32,000 bases of DNA from Ferroglobus placidus DSM 10642 (GTDB lineage: Archaea > Halobacteriota > Archaeoglobi > Archaeoglobales > Archaeoglobaceae): positions 1,320,001 through 1,352,000 of the forward strand of contig NC_013849.1 in NCBI RefSeq assembly GCF_000025505.1, in the 5' to 3' direction. The number at the start of each line of letters is the position of its first letter. The stretch's first letter is position 1. Positions 24,441 to 32,000 of the stretch are shown piece after piece. The notes below the pieces were generated by a model that did not search any database, was not told the origin of the DNA, and saw only the letters and a program-made list of their open reading frames with translations. A program made the position numbers and the translations under genes.

Positions 24441-24674
24441 ATGGTCAAAACCATAACCATAGCGGATGACGTTTACAACGAGCTCGTGAAAATTAAAGGT
24501 AGCAGAAGCTTTTCGGAAGTAATAAGAGAACTTTTGAAAGCGAGGAGAGGAAATTCGGAAGTTCTCGTAAAGATGTTCGGAGTTCTCAGCGAGGAGGAAG
24601 CCGATAGAGCAAAGAGAAAAATCGAGGAAATCGAAAAAGAGTTCGAAAAATGGCAGTCCTCGATACGAGCGTAA
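24441..24674 (+). CDS. vapB: VapB-type antitoxin (archaeal putative-antitoxin family, formerly DUF217)
   Basis: MVKTITIADDVYNELVKIKGSRSFSEVIRELL matches the conserved pattern of this small archaeal antitoxin family. It overlaps the downstream PIN gene. Confidence 0.75.
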   Translation: MVKTITIADDVYNELVKIKGSRSFSEVIRELLKARRGNSEVLVKMFGVLSEEEADRAKRKIEEIEKEFEKWQSSIRA

Positions 24675-25021
24675 TAATCGAAATAGCCAGAGGAAACAGA
24701 AAAGCTTTGAATGCGGTCTTGTCTGAGGACAACTACTTTTACATAACCTCGATAACTTGGTTTGAAATAAAGGTCGGCGCGCCTAAACTTGCTGAATTGA
24801 ACCTCGTGGATTCTTTAGAGTGTCTGAGCTTTGACAGAAAATCGGCTGATGTGGCAGCGGAGATTTACATAAAGCTGAAAAAGGACGGTAAGATGGTAAG
24901 TTTGAAAGACTTGTTTATCGGCGCCATCTGCATTAGCAATAAGGAGAAGCTGATTACTATGGATTCGGATTTTGAGATTTTGCGCGACTTTGGGCTTGAA
25001 GTAGTTTTTATTAAACAATAA
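24650..25021 (+). CDS. vapC: PIN-domain ribonuclease toxin (VapC)
   Basis: The N-terminus is MAVLDTSVIIEI, followed by later acidic residues (LITMDSDFE). The protein is 123 aa. Confidence 0.88.
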   Translation: MAVLDTSVIIEIARGNRKALNAVLSEDNYFYITSITWFEIKVGAPKLAELNLVDSLECLSFDRKSADVAAEIYIKLKKDGKMVSLKDLFIGAICISNKEKLITMDSDFEILRDFGLEVVFIKQ

Positions 25022-25146
25022 CCATCCGAGGTGTATGAGGGGATTTTTAGCTATCGAAGAAGTTCCGTAGGGGCATAATACGGAAGTAGCTATGTTAACG
25101 GAACGAAAAAATGTAACCGACAAAATCCTTTAATGTTCCAAATTCT

Positions 25147-25324
25147 AAAATAATTTCGGATGGAGGAGGAGCTGAAGGTCATCAAAGAAGCCATTCTCGA
25201 AACTGCCAGAAAGCACGGGATTGAGGTAGAGAAGATAATTCTCTTCGGTTCAAGGGCGAGAGGTAATCATAAGGAAGACTCAGATTGGGATATACTGATT
25301 GTGACAAAGAAAAAGCTGAACAAA
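25147..25324 (+). repeat. 178-nt near-identical dispersed repeat, copy B (5' flank plus first 55 codons of MNT-2)
   Basis: See copy A. Confidence 0.85.
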
Positions 25325-25486
25325 GATGAGTTCTGGAAGTTCTACTCTCACTTGAACGAAAAACTGATATCCACTCTCGACAGTCCAGTGGATGTGATTT
25401 TGGTTGACACAAAGGAGTTCAGTGAAAAATCACGCTACAGGGGTTTTCTGCATTACTGGGCTGAGAGAGAAGGGGTGGTTGTTTGA
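25160..25486 (+). CDS. Minimal nucleotidyltransferase (MNT), second copy, chimeric
   Basis: The first 54 aa are essentially identical to MNT copy 1 (one V/A difference). The C-terminal half is unrelated in sequence but still MNT-like (VDVILVD). Confidence 0.85.
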   Translation: MEEELKVIKEAILETARKHGIEVEKIILFGSRARGNHKEDSDWDILIVTKKKLNKDEFWKFYSHLNEKLISTLDSPVDVILVDTKEFSEKSRYRGFLHYWAEREGVVV

Positions 25487-25749
25487 AAAAGGGAACTAAA
25501 GAAATGCTTGATCTAGTTGAAGAAAACATTGTCACTGCAAGAAAAAGTGCAGAAATCGGTCTTTATCGAAGTGCCTGTTTCTGGGCTCAGCAAGCAATCG
25601 AACTTGTTTTAAAAGCTTTTTTAGCGGAAAATGACGCATTGGAAAAGAAAAGCACGATCAAAACCCCACCACCCTTAAATATTCTCCTGCAGGCTTACCT
25701 TCGGTGTCTGAAATGCCGTTGCTTAGGGAGGAGGACAGAGAGTATCTGA
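25483..25749 (+). pseudogene. Truncated HEPN-domain remnant
   Basis: It has an ATGA-type overlap with the MNT gene. The N-terminal part resembles HEPN (WAQQAIELVLKAFL vs HSQQAIEKFLKAFL in copy 1), but the THD and RYP regions are missing or unrecognisable. The reading frame runs into the promoter and start of the next gene. Confidence 0.6.
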
Positions 25750-26385
25750 AAAAGGAGTTCGAAAAAGTTTTGAAGGACAAAGTAAGAGTTCTCGGATTCG
25801 TCAGGGGTGAGGACTGCAAGTACTGTAGGGAAACTAAGGAATTGCTTGAAGAGGTCGCTTCGCTTTCGGATAAAATCGAGCTTGTCTTTCCCGAGAGCGG
25901 AGAAGAGTACGGGATAGAGGAAGTTCCGGCTGTGGTCGTTCAGGACGAAAAAGGGGAGCTTGGGACGAGAGTTAGATTCCTCGGAATTCCCTCGGGCTAC
26001 GAATTCACCGCTCTGATAAAAGACATAATGTACGTTTCAACGAGAACTCTCGAGATATCGGAGTCGACGATTGAAGAGCTGCAGAATATCGAGAACAAAA
26101 TTGTAATTGAAGTTTACGTAACTCCGAGCTGTCCCTACTGTCCGAGAGCAGTTTTGCTTGCGCACCAATTTGCAATGGTTAGCGAAAAAAATAACCGGAG
26201 TTATGATTGAATCGTACGAATTTCCTGCAAAGGCTGATGAATGGAACGTTATGAGCGTTCCCCACACCGTGGTGAAGAATGTAGAAAAAGGTAGCGTTGG
26301 AGAGTTCGTAGGGGCGTATCCAGAGAACTACCTACTAAAAGTTGTCAAAGACGTTGATGCCGGAAAGAACGTGAAGCTCAGCTGA
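25713..26385 (+). pseudogene. Protein disulfide oxidoreductase (two thioredoxin folds, glutaredoxin-like PDO), split by a frameshift in an A7 run
   Basis: The first unit has CKYC and the second has CPYC. ORF 25704-26210 ends 20 nt after the A-run at 26185-26191, and the family sequence continues in ORF 26158-26385 (ITGVMIESYEFPAKADEWNVMSVPHTVV). The span is 673 nt (3n+1); removing one A gives a 223-aa protein. Confidence 0.8.
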
Positions 26386-27598
26386 AGGAATAAACTTTCC
26401 TCATTTTCCCAGTTTTTATCAAATACTTTTCATCATCCCTCGCTATCACTCTCGCTGCGTGCTCAGCCAAAGCTTTGTAAAATTCGCAGTAATAGGACTT
26501 GTTAAACATGCTCCCGCCCTCTGAATATATCTCAGCTGGACAGGGGGAGCCGCAGAGATGCTTAGCCCAGCACTCGGTGCATTCGGGAATTCTTTCGACG
26601 ACTCTTTCGAGCATCTCTGGAAACGGATTTTCTGGATCGATCTTCTCAAGATCTTTTCTGAATTCGTTAAATCCGAGAAACTCTCCGCAAGGATAAATTC
26701 CGTCCGGAGCTAAGCAGACAAAGAGCTTTCCTCCCCCGCATGGAGAAATGTCGCACTGTAAAACTCTTGAAGTTGGTGCGATAAATCCTAATACTATGTT
26801 TGCGAAATCACCTATCACTATTCTCTTTCCCTCCTTCGTAAGCTCTATGGATCTCTCAACAGCTTTAATATACTTTTCAGCGAGCTTAATTGGATTCTCC
26901 CTTAGTTCTCTTGCCTTTTCCGTCGTCCCCCTAACGGGATTCATGAGGGCTACGCTAACGTAATCCGAGAGAAACTCAACCATTTCCGCAAGATACGGAG
27001 CGTTAATTTTCGTGATGGTAGTGATAGAGGTTCTCGGGCAATCGTAATCTGATAGAACTTTTAGGGTGTTTACGGCTTTCTCGAAATGCCCTTTTCCTCT
27101 CAAAGCGTCGTTAATTTCCTTTTTCGGAGCATCCAACGATACTCCGACGTTAAATTCTCTTTCAGCAAAGAAATTCAAGTCCTTCTCGGTTACGTCAATG
27201 CAGTTCGTTTGAATACCAAATTCTAAATCGAAGGTTTCAGCCACTTCAAAAATAATCTCCCTCGCCAAAATCGGCTCAGCCCCGTGGAAAATTACGTTTT
27301 CAACATCGCTAAATTTTTCGAGAGCTTCTTCTATCTTCCTAATGCTCAAAACGTTTTTTCTTCTCCTTCTTTCCCTCGGAATGTAGCAGTACGGGCAGTT
27401 TGCATTGCAATCATCGATTACGTTTAGATAGAGGGTTCTCACATCTACAGTAAATCTGAACTCGTTTAGCTTAGCGAGAAGTTTTTCAGCGACTTTTTCT
27501 CTGAGATCTTCAAAATCTTCCCCTTCTTCGTAGACTGCCCAGAAGAGGGAATCTGGATCTAAAACGAAGTTCTTCTCGCCGAACTTCCAGAACTTCAT
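26378..27598 (-). CDS. Radical SAM enzyme with a C-terminal SPASM domain
   Basis: The CX3CX2C motif CNANCPYC begins at residue 64. The full SPASM pattern is present: VCLAPDGIYPC, then CTECWAKHLCGSPC (CX2CX5CX3C), then a distal Cys (YYCEFY). The SD sequence GAGGTGAT lies 4-11 nt upstream of the ATG. Confidence 0.9.
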   Translation of the reverse strand: MKFWKFGEKNFVLDPDSLFWAVYEEGEDFEDLREKVAEKLLAKLNEFRFTVDVRTLYLNVIDDCNANCPYCYIPRERRRRKNVLSIRKIEEALEKFSDVENVIFHGAEPILAREIIFEVAETFDLEFGIQTNCIDVTEKDLNFFAEREFNVGVSLDAPKKEINDALRGKGHFEKAVNTLKVLSDYDCPRTSITTITKINAPYLAEMVEFLSDYVSVALMNPVRGTTEKARELRENPIKLAEKYIKAVERSIELTKEGKRIVIGDFANIVLGFIAPTSRVLQCDISPCGGGKLFVCLAPDGIYPCGEFLGFNEFRKDLEKIDPENPFPEMLERVVERIPECTECWAKHLCGSPCPAEIYSEGGSMFNKSYYCEFYKALAEHAARVIARDDEKYLIKTGKMRKVYSFS

Positions 27599-27614
27599 GT
27601 TATCACCTCAAAAA

Positions 27615-27692
27615 TTAAAAGGGGGAGTTTTTACTGGCGATGTAATGGGTTAGTCCTCCCTCCGCTTTGCACTCGAGCTTGTAAGACTTCAT
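27615..27692 (-). CDS. Unannotated 25-codon ORF (MKSYKLECKAEGGLTHYIASKNSPF) immediately upstream of the rSAM/SPASM gene; candidate peptide substrate
   Basis: I translated it by hand from the 150-nt intergenic gap. Its ATG is 27692-27690 and its TAA 27617-27615, which is 16 nt before the rSAM ATG. A TATA-like TTAAAATA is centred at -28 from its ATG. No homology check was possible. Confidence 0.4.
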   Translation of the reverse strand: MKSYKLECKAEGGLTHYIASKNSPF

Positions 27693-27716
27693 CGAGGATA
27701 GAATTGACTAACGGAG

Positions 27717-27724
27717 TATTTTAA
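27717..27724 (-). promoter_or_regulatory. TATA-like box (TTAAAATA, minus sense) for the small ORF / rSAM transcript
   Basis: It spans -25 to -32 relative to the small-ORF ATG. It is the best promoter-like element between the acyl-CoA dehydrogenase stop (27749) and the rSAM start. Confidence 0.4.
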
Positions 27725-27748
27725 CGGAACGTTTTTATTACATGCGTA

Positions 27749-28936
27749 CTACATCATGGGGTGTTTTCTAACTTTGCTAAGAGTTGAGCCGTACTTTCCT
27801 AAGATCGAGTTGGCTACGATCTCAAGCTCGACTTCCCTCGTTCCTTCGTATATCTCGAGGACTCTCACATCTCTGTACATCCTCGAAATTGCTGAGGAGA
27901 CGAACCCATGCCCACCGAAAATTTGCAAAGCCTCCGTCACGGCTTTCTGAGCAATTTTAGCTGTGTAATATTTAGCCATAGCCGTCAATCCCGGATCTGA
28001 TTTGTGGTTTTTGTCGTAGTAAAGAGCGGCTTGATAAGCTAAAAGTCTTGCAGCCTCGATTTCGGTTCTCATTTTCGCGAGTTTCTCTCTCGTCATTTGA
28101 AAGTCGATAAGCTTTCTTTCGAAGAGTTCTCTATTCTTAGCGTATTCTAAAGCGAGCTCAAAAGCTCCTTGGGCTATGCCGACAGCCTGAAAAGCAACGT
28201 GAATTCTCGTCACGTTGAAGAATTCGACGGCTTGGTAAAACCCTCTCCCCCTCTCGCCAATTAAATTTTCTTTGGGAACCTTCACGTTTTTAAAGAAAAC
28301 TTCGGCTGTGTCGCTCGCTCTAATTCCGAGTTTGTCCTTCATCTTTCTCGCTTCTAAACCTTCAGTTCCCCTTTCAACGACGAAAACGCTCAGTCCGTGA
28401 TGTCTCTTCTCACCTTTATCGGTTCTCGCAAGAACGATGTAAAAGTCTGCTATGCTTCCGTTTGTAATAAATATTTTGTTTCCGTTTATAACGAAGTGTT
28501 CGTTTTCTTCTCTGGCAGTCGTTTTTATTCCAGCCAAATCACTTCCCGATTGAGGTTCTGTAAAGCATGCGCAGCTTATAGCTTCACCTTTCGCTAAAGG
28601 AGGCAAATACTTTTCTTTTTGATCCTCTCTGCCGAAGAGAAGTATCATCTCTGAGCCGAAGGTTGATGATAAAATCAAACCCAATCCGGCGTCGACTCTC
28701 CAGAACTCCTCAACAGCTAAGCAGTATTCTGTTATTCCGTACCCGGCTCCGCCGTACTCTTCGGGAAAGAACAATCCAATAAATCCGAGTTTTGCCGCTT
28801 TTTTCCAAAGCTCGAAAGGAAACTCTTCTTTTTTGTCGAACTCCTCAGCGTACTTCGGAAACTCCTTCTCGGCAAATTCCCTCGCAGCCTCCTTTATCTC
28901 TTTCTGCTCTTCCGTAAGAATTTCCTCAGCCAGCAT
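27749..28936 (-). CDS. Acyl-CoA dehydrogenase
   Basis: CFTEPQSGSDLAGIKTTA, FITNGSIADFYIV, QIFGGHGF and IYEGTREV are hallmark ACAD motifs. The protein is 395 aa. Confidence 0.9.
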   Translation of the reverse strand: MLAEEILTEEQKEIKEAAREFAEKEFPKYAEEFDKKEEFPFELWKKAAKLGFIGLFFPEEYGGAGYGITEYCLAVEEFWRVDAGLGLILSSTFGSEMILLFGREDQKEKYLPPLAKGEAISCACFTEPQSGSDLAGIKTTAREENEHFVINGNKIFITNGSIADFYIVLARTDKGEKRHHGLSVFVVERGTEGLEARKMKDKLGIRASDTAEVFFKNVKVPKENLIGERGRGFYQAVEFFNVTRIHVAFQAVGIAQGAFELALEYAKNRELFERKLIDFQMTREKLAKMRTEIEAARLLAYQAALYYDKNHKSDPGLTAMAKYYTAKIAQKAVTEALQIFGGHGFVSSAISRMYRDVRVLEIYEGTREVELEIVANSILGKYGSTLSKVRKHPMM

Positions 28937-30539
28937 TTTTCCACTCCTTTTCCCTCAAAATCCTCCTCAATATCTTTCCGACGGGAGATTTCGGAAGTTC
29001 GTCAACGAACTCAACTTTTTTAGGGACTTTAAACGGAGCGAGCTTTCTTTTACAATGCTCTATTATGTCTTCAGCGGAAACTCTCCCTTTAAACTCTTCT
29101 TTCAAAACGATGTAAGCTTTCGGAACTTCTCCTTTAATTTCGTCGGGTGAGGAAACGACGGCACATTCCAGAACTGCTGGATGCTCGTAAATAACGTTTT
29201 CAACCTCGTCTGGCCAGACTTTGTATCCGGCGACGTTGATCAAGTCTTTCACTCTGTCCACGTAATAAAATAACCCGTTTTCGTCCATGTATCCCAAATC
29301 GCCGGTGCGAAGCCATCCGTCCCTTAAAGCTTCTTCCGTCTCCTTGGGATTGTTCCAGTAACCTTTCATAATTTGCGGACCCTTTGCTACGAGCTCTCCA
29401 ACTTTTCCCGGAGGTAGATCTTTCCCCGTGTCGAGGTCGACGACCTTGACTACCGTGTCCGGCATCGGAACGCCAATTAGATGATCCCCGCTCATTCCGA
29501 GGGGCGTGCATGTTAAACAAGGGGACGCTTCCGTCAGCCCCCAAGCCTCTATGATTTCCGCTTTAGTAACCTCCTTCCACCTCCTTCTAACCTCCGGCGG
29601 AAGAGGTGCTGCGGCGCTGAAGCAAGTTCTCATTTTTGAGAAATCGGCTTTCTTTATTTCTGGATGGTTGAGTAGAGCTATGTAAACGGTAGGCACTCCG
29701 TAAAATATCGTCGGCTTGTACTTGTTCACGTTTTCAATAACCTCCTTCGGCTCGAACTTCTCCATCAAAACGATCGTTCCGGCTGAGTAAATCATCGTGT
29801 TCATGCACCAGTTCATTCCGTAGATGTGGGAAAGCGGTAGAAAGATTATCGAAACTTCTTTCCCTTCTTCGAACTCGAACCACAGCGATTCCATGACCTG
29901 AATCACGAGGAGGTTGTAGTGGGTAAGCATAGCCCCTTTCGGATTGCCCGTGGTTCCGCCGGTGTACTGCAAAACAGCCAAATCATCCTTCGGATTTATT
30001 CTCACGTTCGGATCCTCTGCTGGCTGCTCTTCAAGCAGTTCCGAAAATTTTCCGGAAGTAAAACCATTGAGAGCTTCGGACCTGCTTGTAGATATTATCT
30101 CTTCCACTTCCGTGCTTTCTTTAACGTTTTCGACAACACCTCTCATTTCATCGAGAGTTACAACAACCTTTGCTTTAGAGTCGGAAAGAATGTATTCTAC
30201 CTCTTTTTCCTTGTACAAAGCGTTACAAGCCACAACAACTCCTCCAGCTGCGAGAGCTCCGTAGTAAGCTATGACGAATTGTGGAAGGTTTGGGAGGTAT
30301 AAAGCCACTCTATCTCCCTTTTTAATTCCGAGGGAAAGCAGAAAATTTGCGAATTTGCTCGAAAGCTCAAGGAGCTTTTCGTAGGTGTAAGGATAATCCT
30401 TGTACACGACGGCGCAATTTCCTGGGAACTTTTTAGCTGAAATCTTTAAGTTCTCGAAAAGGCTTCTCTCCGGATACTCAAGGCTTTTCGGAACATGCTT
30501 CGGATAATGTTTGTACCAAGGAAACTCCATGGGAATCAC
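28926..30539 (-). CDS. Long/medium-chain fatty-acid--CoA ligase (AMP-binding family)
   Basis: The AMP-binding signature is LQYTGGTTGNPKGAMLTH, with GWLRTGDLGYMDENGLFYYVDRVKDLI and PKSPVGKILRR. It overlaps the ACAD start by 11 nt. Confidence 0.9.
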   Translation of the reverse strand: MIPMEFPWYKHYPKHVPKSLEYPERSLFENLKISAKKFPGNCAVVYKDYPYTYEKLLELSSKFANFLLSLGIKKGDRVALYLPNLPQFVIAYYGALAAGGVVVACNALYKEKEVEYILSDSKAKVVVTLDEMRGVVENVKESTEVEEIISTSRSEALNGFTSGKFSELLEEQPAEDPNVRINPKDDLAVLQYTGGTTGNPKGAMLTHYNLLVIQVMESLWFEFEEGKEVSIIFLPLSHIYGMNWCMNTMIYSAGTIVLMEKFEPKEVIENVNKYKPTIFYGVPTVYIALLNHPEIKKADFSKMRTCFSAAAPLPPEVRRRWKEVTKAEIIEAWGLTEASPCLTCTPLGMSGDHLIGVPMPDTVVKVVDLDTGKDLPPGKVGELVAKGPQIMKGYWNNPKETEEALRDGWLRTGDLGYMDENGLFYYVDRVKDLINVAGYKVWPDEVENVIYEHPAVLECAVVSSPDEIKGEVPKAYIVLKEEFKGRVSAEDIIEHCKRKLAPFKVPKKVEFVDELPKSPVGKILRRILREKEWKNAG

Positions 30540-30595
30540 CGCTCTTATCTATAATTTTTAATGATTTAAGATTTGCGAAGGCAAAGTTTTATGAA

Positions 30596-31690
30596 ATGCC
30601 AACCAACCATCGGAAAATGAAAATCGTTCGTGGAATTTCAGAGCACGGCAAGAACGTTTCGAAAGCTGTAGATGAGATTTTAAAGAGCTTTCCGTTCGTA
30701 AAGAAATTCGCCGAAGAAGTTAGGGAAGAGAAGAGGAAAGTTTTGAACGATTTAGATTACTGGATCGATAAAGCTATGAAGAATCTTGAGGAGAAGAACG
30801 CTTACGTTTATCTTGCGAAAAAAGGTGAGGAGGCTAACAAAGTAGTGGGGGAAATCGTAGGCACGAACAAGCTCGTTGTAAAAGCTAAGTCGTCGGTGAG
30901 CGATGAGCTATCTTTGAGGGATTTTTTAGAGAAGAACGGAAATGAGGTGTGGGAGACCGATTTAGGAGAGTTGATAGTTCAACTCGCAGAAGAAAAGCCG
31001 ATGCACATCGTAGCTCCGGCTATTCACTTCTCCGAAGAAGAAGCTAAGAGAATTCTCGGAAAAATCGGGATTAGAGGAAACTCTCCGGAGGAGTTAACTT
31101 ACGCTGTCAGATCCTTTATGAGGAACAAATTTTTGGAGGCTGACATCGGAATTTCCGGCTGTAACGCTTTCTCGGTCGAAAGCTCAAGTATTTTTTTAGT
31201 GGAAAACGAGGGCAACATAAGGCTCGTCTCTTCTCTGCCTAAGAAATACATCGCTATAGTTAGCTTGGAAAAAATCTTGCCGAAAGACGAGCTCTGTCTG
31301 AAATCTATCCTCGTTCAGTCGGCTTTCGCCGGAGTTTTTCCTCCAGCTTACATAAACATCAACAAGCCCAACAAGTATCAGGAGTTCCACGTAATATTCC
31401 TCGACAACGGAAGGACGTCTGATGAGAGGTTTAGAGAAGTTCTCCTCTGCGTAAAATGCGGGAGATGCCAGCTCGAATGTCCGATCTTTCAGCTTTTTGG
31501 CGTGAACTGGGGAGGAGTTTACGGAGGACCTATGGGAAGAATTTTAAGCTACCTGATAACCAGAAGAGCTGAGAGTGACATTTTTCTCTGCACGTCATGC
31601 AAAAAATGCGATTACGTTTGTCCCATGGGTATAGAGCTTTCGAAAATGGTTAGAAGAATAAAAATGGACGTTAAGAGAAGTTGGAGCTAA
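30596..31690 (+). CDS. LUD-domain (LutB/YkgF-like) iron-sulfur protein
   Basis: The C-terminus has two ferredoxin-type motifs, [12 protein letters not shown] and [12 protein letters not shown]. The N-terminal roughly 270 aa resembles the lactate-utilisation LUD/DUF162 region ([23 protein letters not shown]). ATG 30617 is an alternative start. Confidence 0.65.
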   Translation: MPTNHRKMKIVRGISEHGKNVSKAVDEILKSFPFVKKFAEEVREEKRKVLNDLDYWIDKAMKNLEEKNAYVYLAKKGEEANKVVGEIVGTNKLVVKAKSSVSDELSLRDFLEKNGNEVWETDLGELIVQLAEEKPMHIVAPAIHFSEEEAKRILGKIGIRGNSPEELTYAVRSFMRNKFLEADIGISGCNAFSVESSSIFLVENEGNIRLVSSLPKKYIAIVSLEKILPKDELCLKSILVQSAFAGVFPPAYININKPNKYQEFHVIFLDNGRTSDERFREVLLCVKCGRCQLECPIFQLFGVNWGGVYGGPMGRILSYLITRRAESDIFLCTSCKKCDYVCPMGIELSKMVRRIKMDVKRSWS

Positions 31691-32000
31691 TTTAAAGAGG
31701 TTGTGGCTCCTTCTTCGGCGGAAGTTACGAGCTTGGAGTACTTAGCTAATAAACCTCTGTGCCTGATCTCCTTCGGCTTCCACTTCTCTCTCCTCTCTCT
31801 TAACTCCTCTTCGCTTATTTTTACGTTGAGCTTTCTGTTTGGAATGTCTATCTCTATGGCGTCTCCATCTTCTACTAATGCAATCGTCCCTCCAGCTAAA
31901 GCTTCCGGAGTTACGTGTCCAACAGCCGGACCTCTCGTCGCTCCGCTGAACCTTCCGTCGGTTATTAAAGCAACTCTCTCCAATCCCATTCCACTAATTG
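31687..32000 (-). CDS. ilvD: Dihydroxy-acid dehydratase, C-terminal fragment (the gene continues beyond the window)
   Basis: [50 protein letters not shown] is the conserved IlvD C-terminal region. The frame stays open to the window edge. Confidence 0.88.
   Translation of the reverse strand, partial: ISGMGLERVALITDGRFSGATRGPAVGHVTPEALAGGTIALVEDGDAIEIDIPNRKLNVKISEEELRERREKWKPKEIRHRGLLAKYSKLVTSAEEGATTSLN

Noticed and set aside
27615-27692. Interpreting the 25-aa peptide as a PqqA homologue (THYIAS vs PqqA TLYIS; similar length; PqqE is an rSAM/SPASM enzyme)
   Set aside because: The Glu-Tyr spacing differs (E-x5-Y rather than E-x3-Y). No pqqB/C/D genes are adjacent. The resemblance covers only a few residues. 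It is kept only as a generic peptide-substrate hypothesis.

Overview
This is a densely packed archaeal chromosomal window, most likely from an Archaeoglobales-type euryarchaeon. Supporting features are a class II HMG-CoA reductase, FBP aldolase/phosphatase, class III signal-peptide pilins, AT-rich TATA-like boxes about 25-30 nt upstream of many start codons, a tRNA without encoded CCA, and beta-oxidation genes. The left edge is the trailer end of a CRISPR array (23-nt repeat ending ATTGAAAG, four repeats visible, no cas genes in the window). Next come a KaiC-like ATPase with a small membrane protein, then fbp. A type IV pilus-like core follows (secretion ATPase, FlaJ/TadC-like platform, 435-aa pilin-like protein). 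Directly after it is a separately promoted, translationally coupled module: a catalytically degenerate MreB-like actin-fold protein, a coiled-coil protein, a MinD/ParA ATPase and a polyprenol-kinase-like membrane protein. After tRNA-Glu(CUC) comes a housekeeping block: GYD protein, THUMP methyltransferase, hmgA, UbiD-type decarboxylase, ferredoxin, a GTPase/conserved protein/Zn-ribbon trio, CDF transporter, TrkA-N/DHH phosphoesterase, MazG, PurM-like protein, EamA and SpoU. The region from about 20.85 to 25.7 kb looks like an accessory patch. It holds an orphan pilin, a 7/11-residue-repeat coiled-coil protein and four toxin-antitoxin modules (2x VapBC, 2x MNT-HEPN) carrying a mosaic duplication, a frameshift and a truncation. 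The right part holds a frameshifted protein disulfide oxidoreductase and a radical SAM/SPASM enzyme preceded by an unannotated 25-codon ORF (candidate peptide substrate). It ends with an acyl-CoA dehydrogenase, an acyl-CoA ligase, a LUD/Fe-S protein and a partial ilvD. The two candidates for an undescribed system are the actin-like/coiled-coil/MinD module beside the pilus core and the small-ORF/rSAM-SPASM pair. All homology calls are by eye from motifs; no database search was run.
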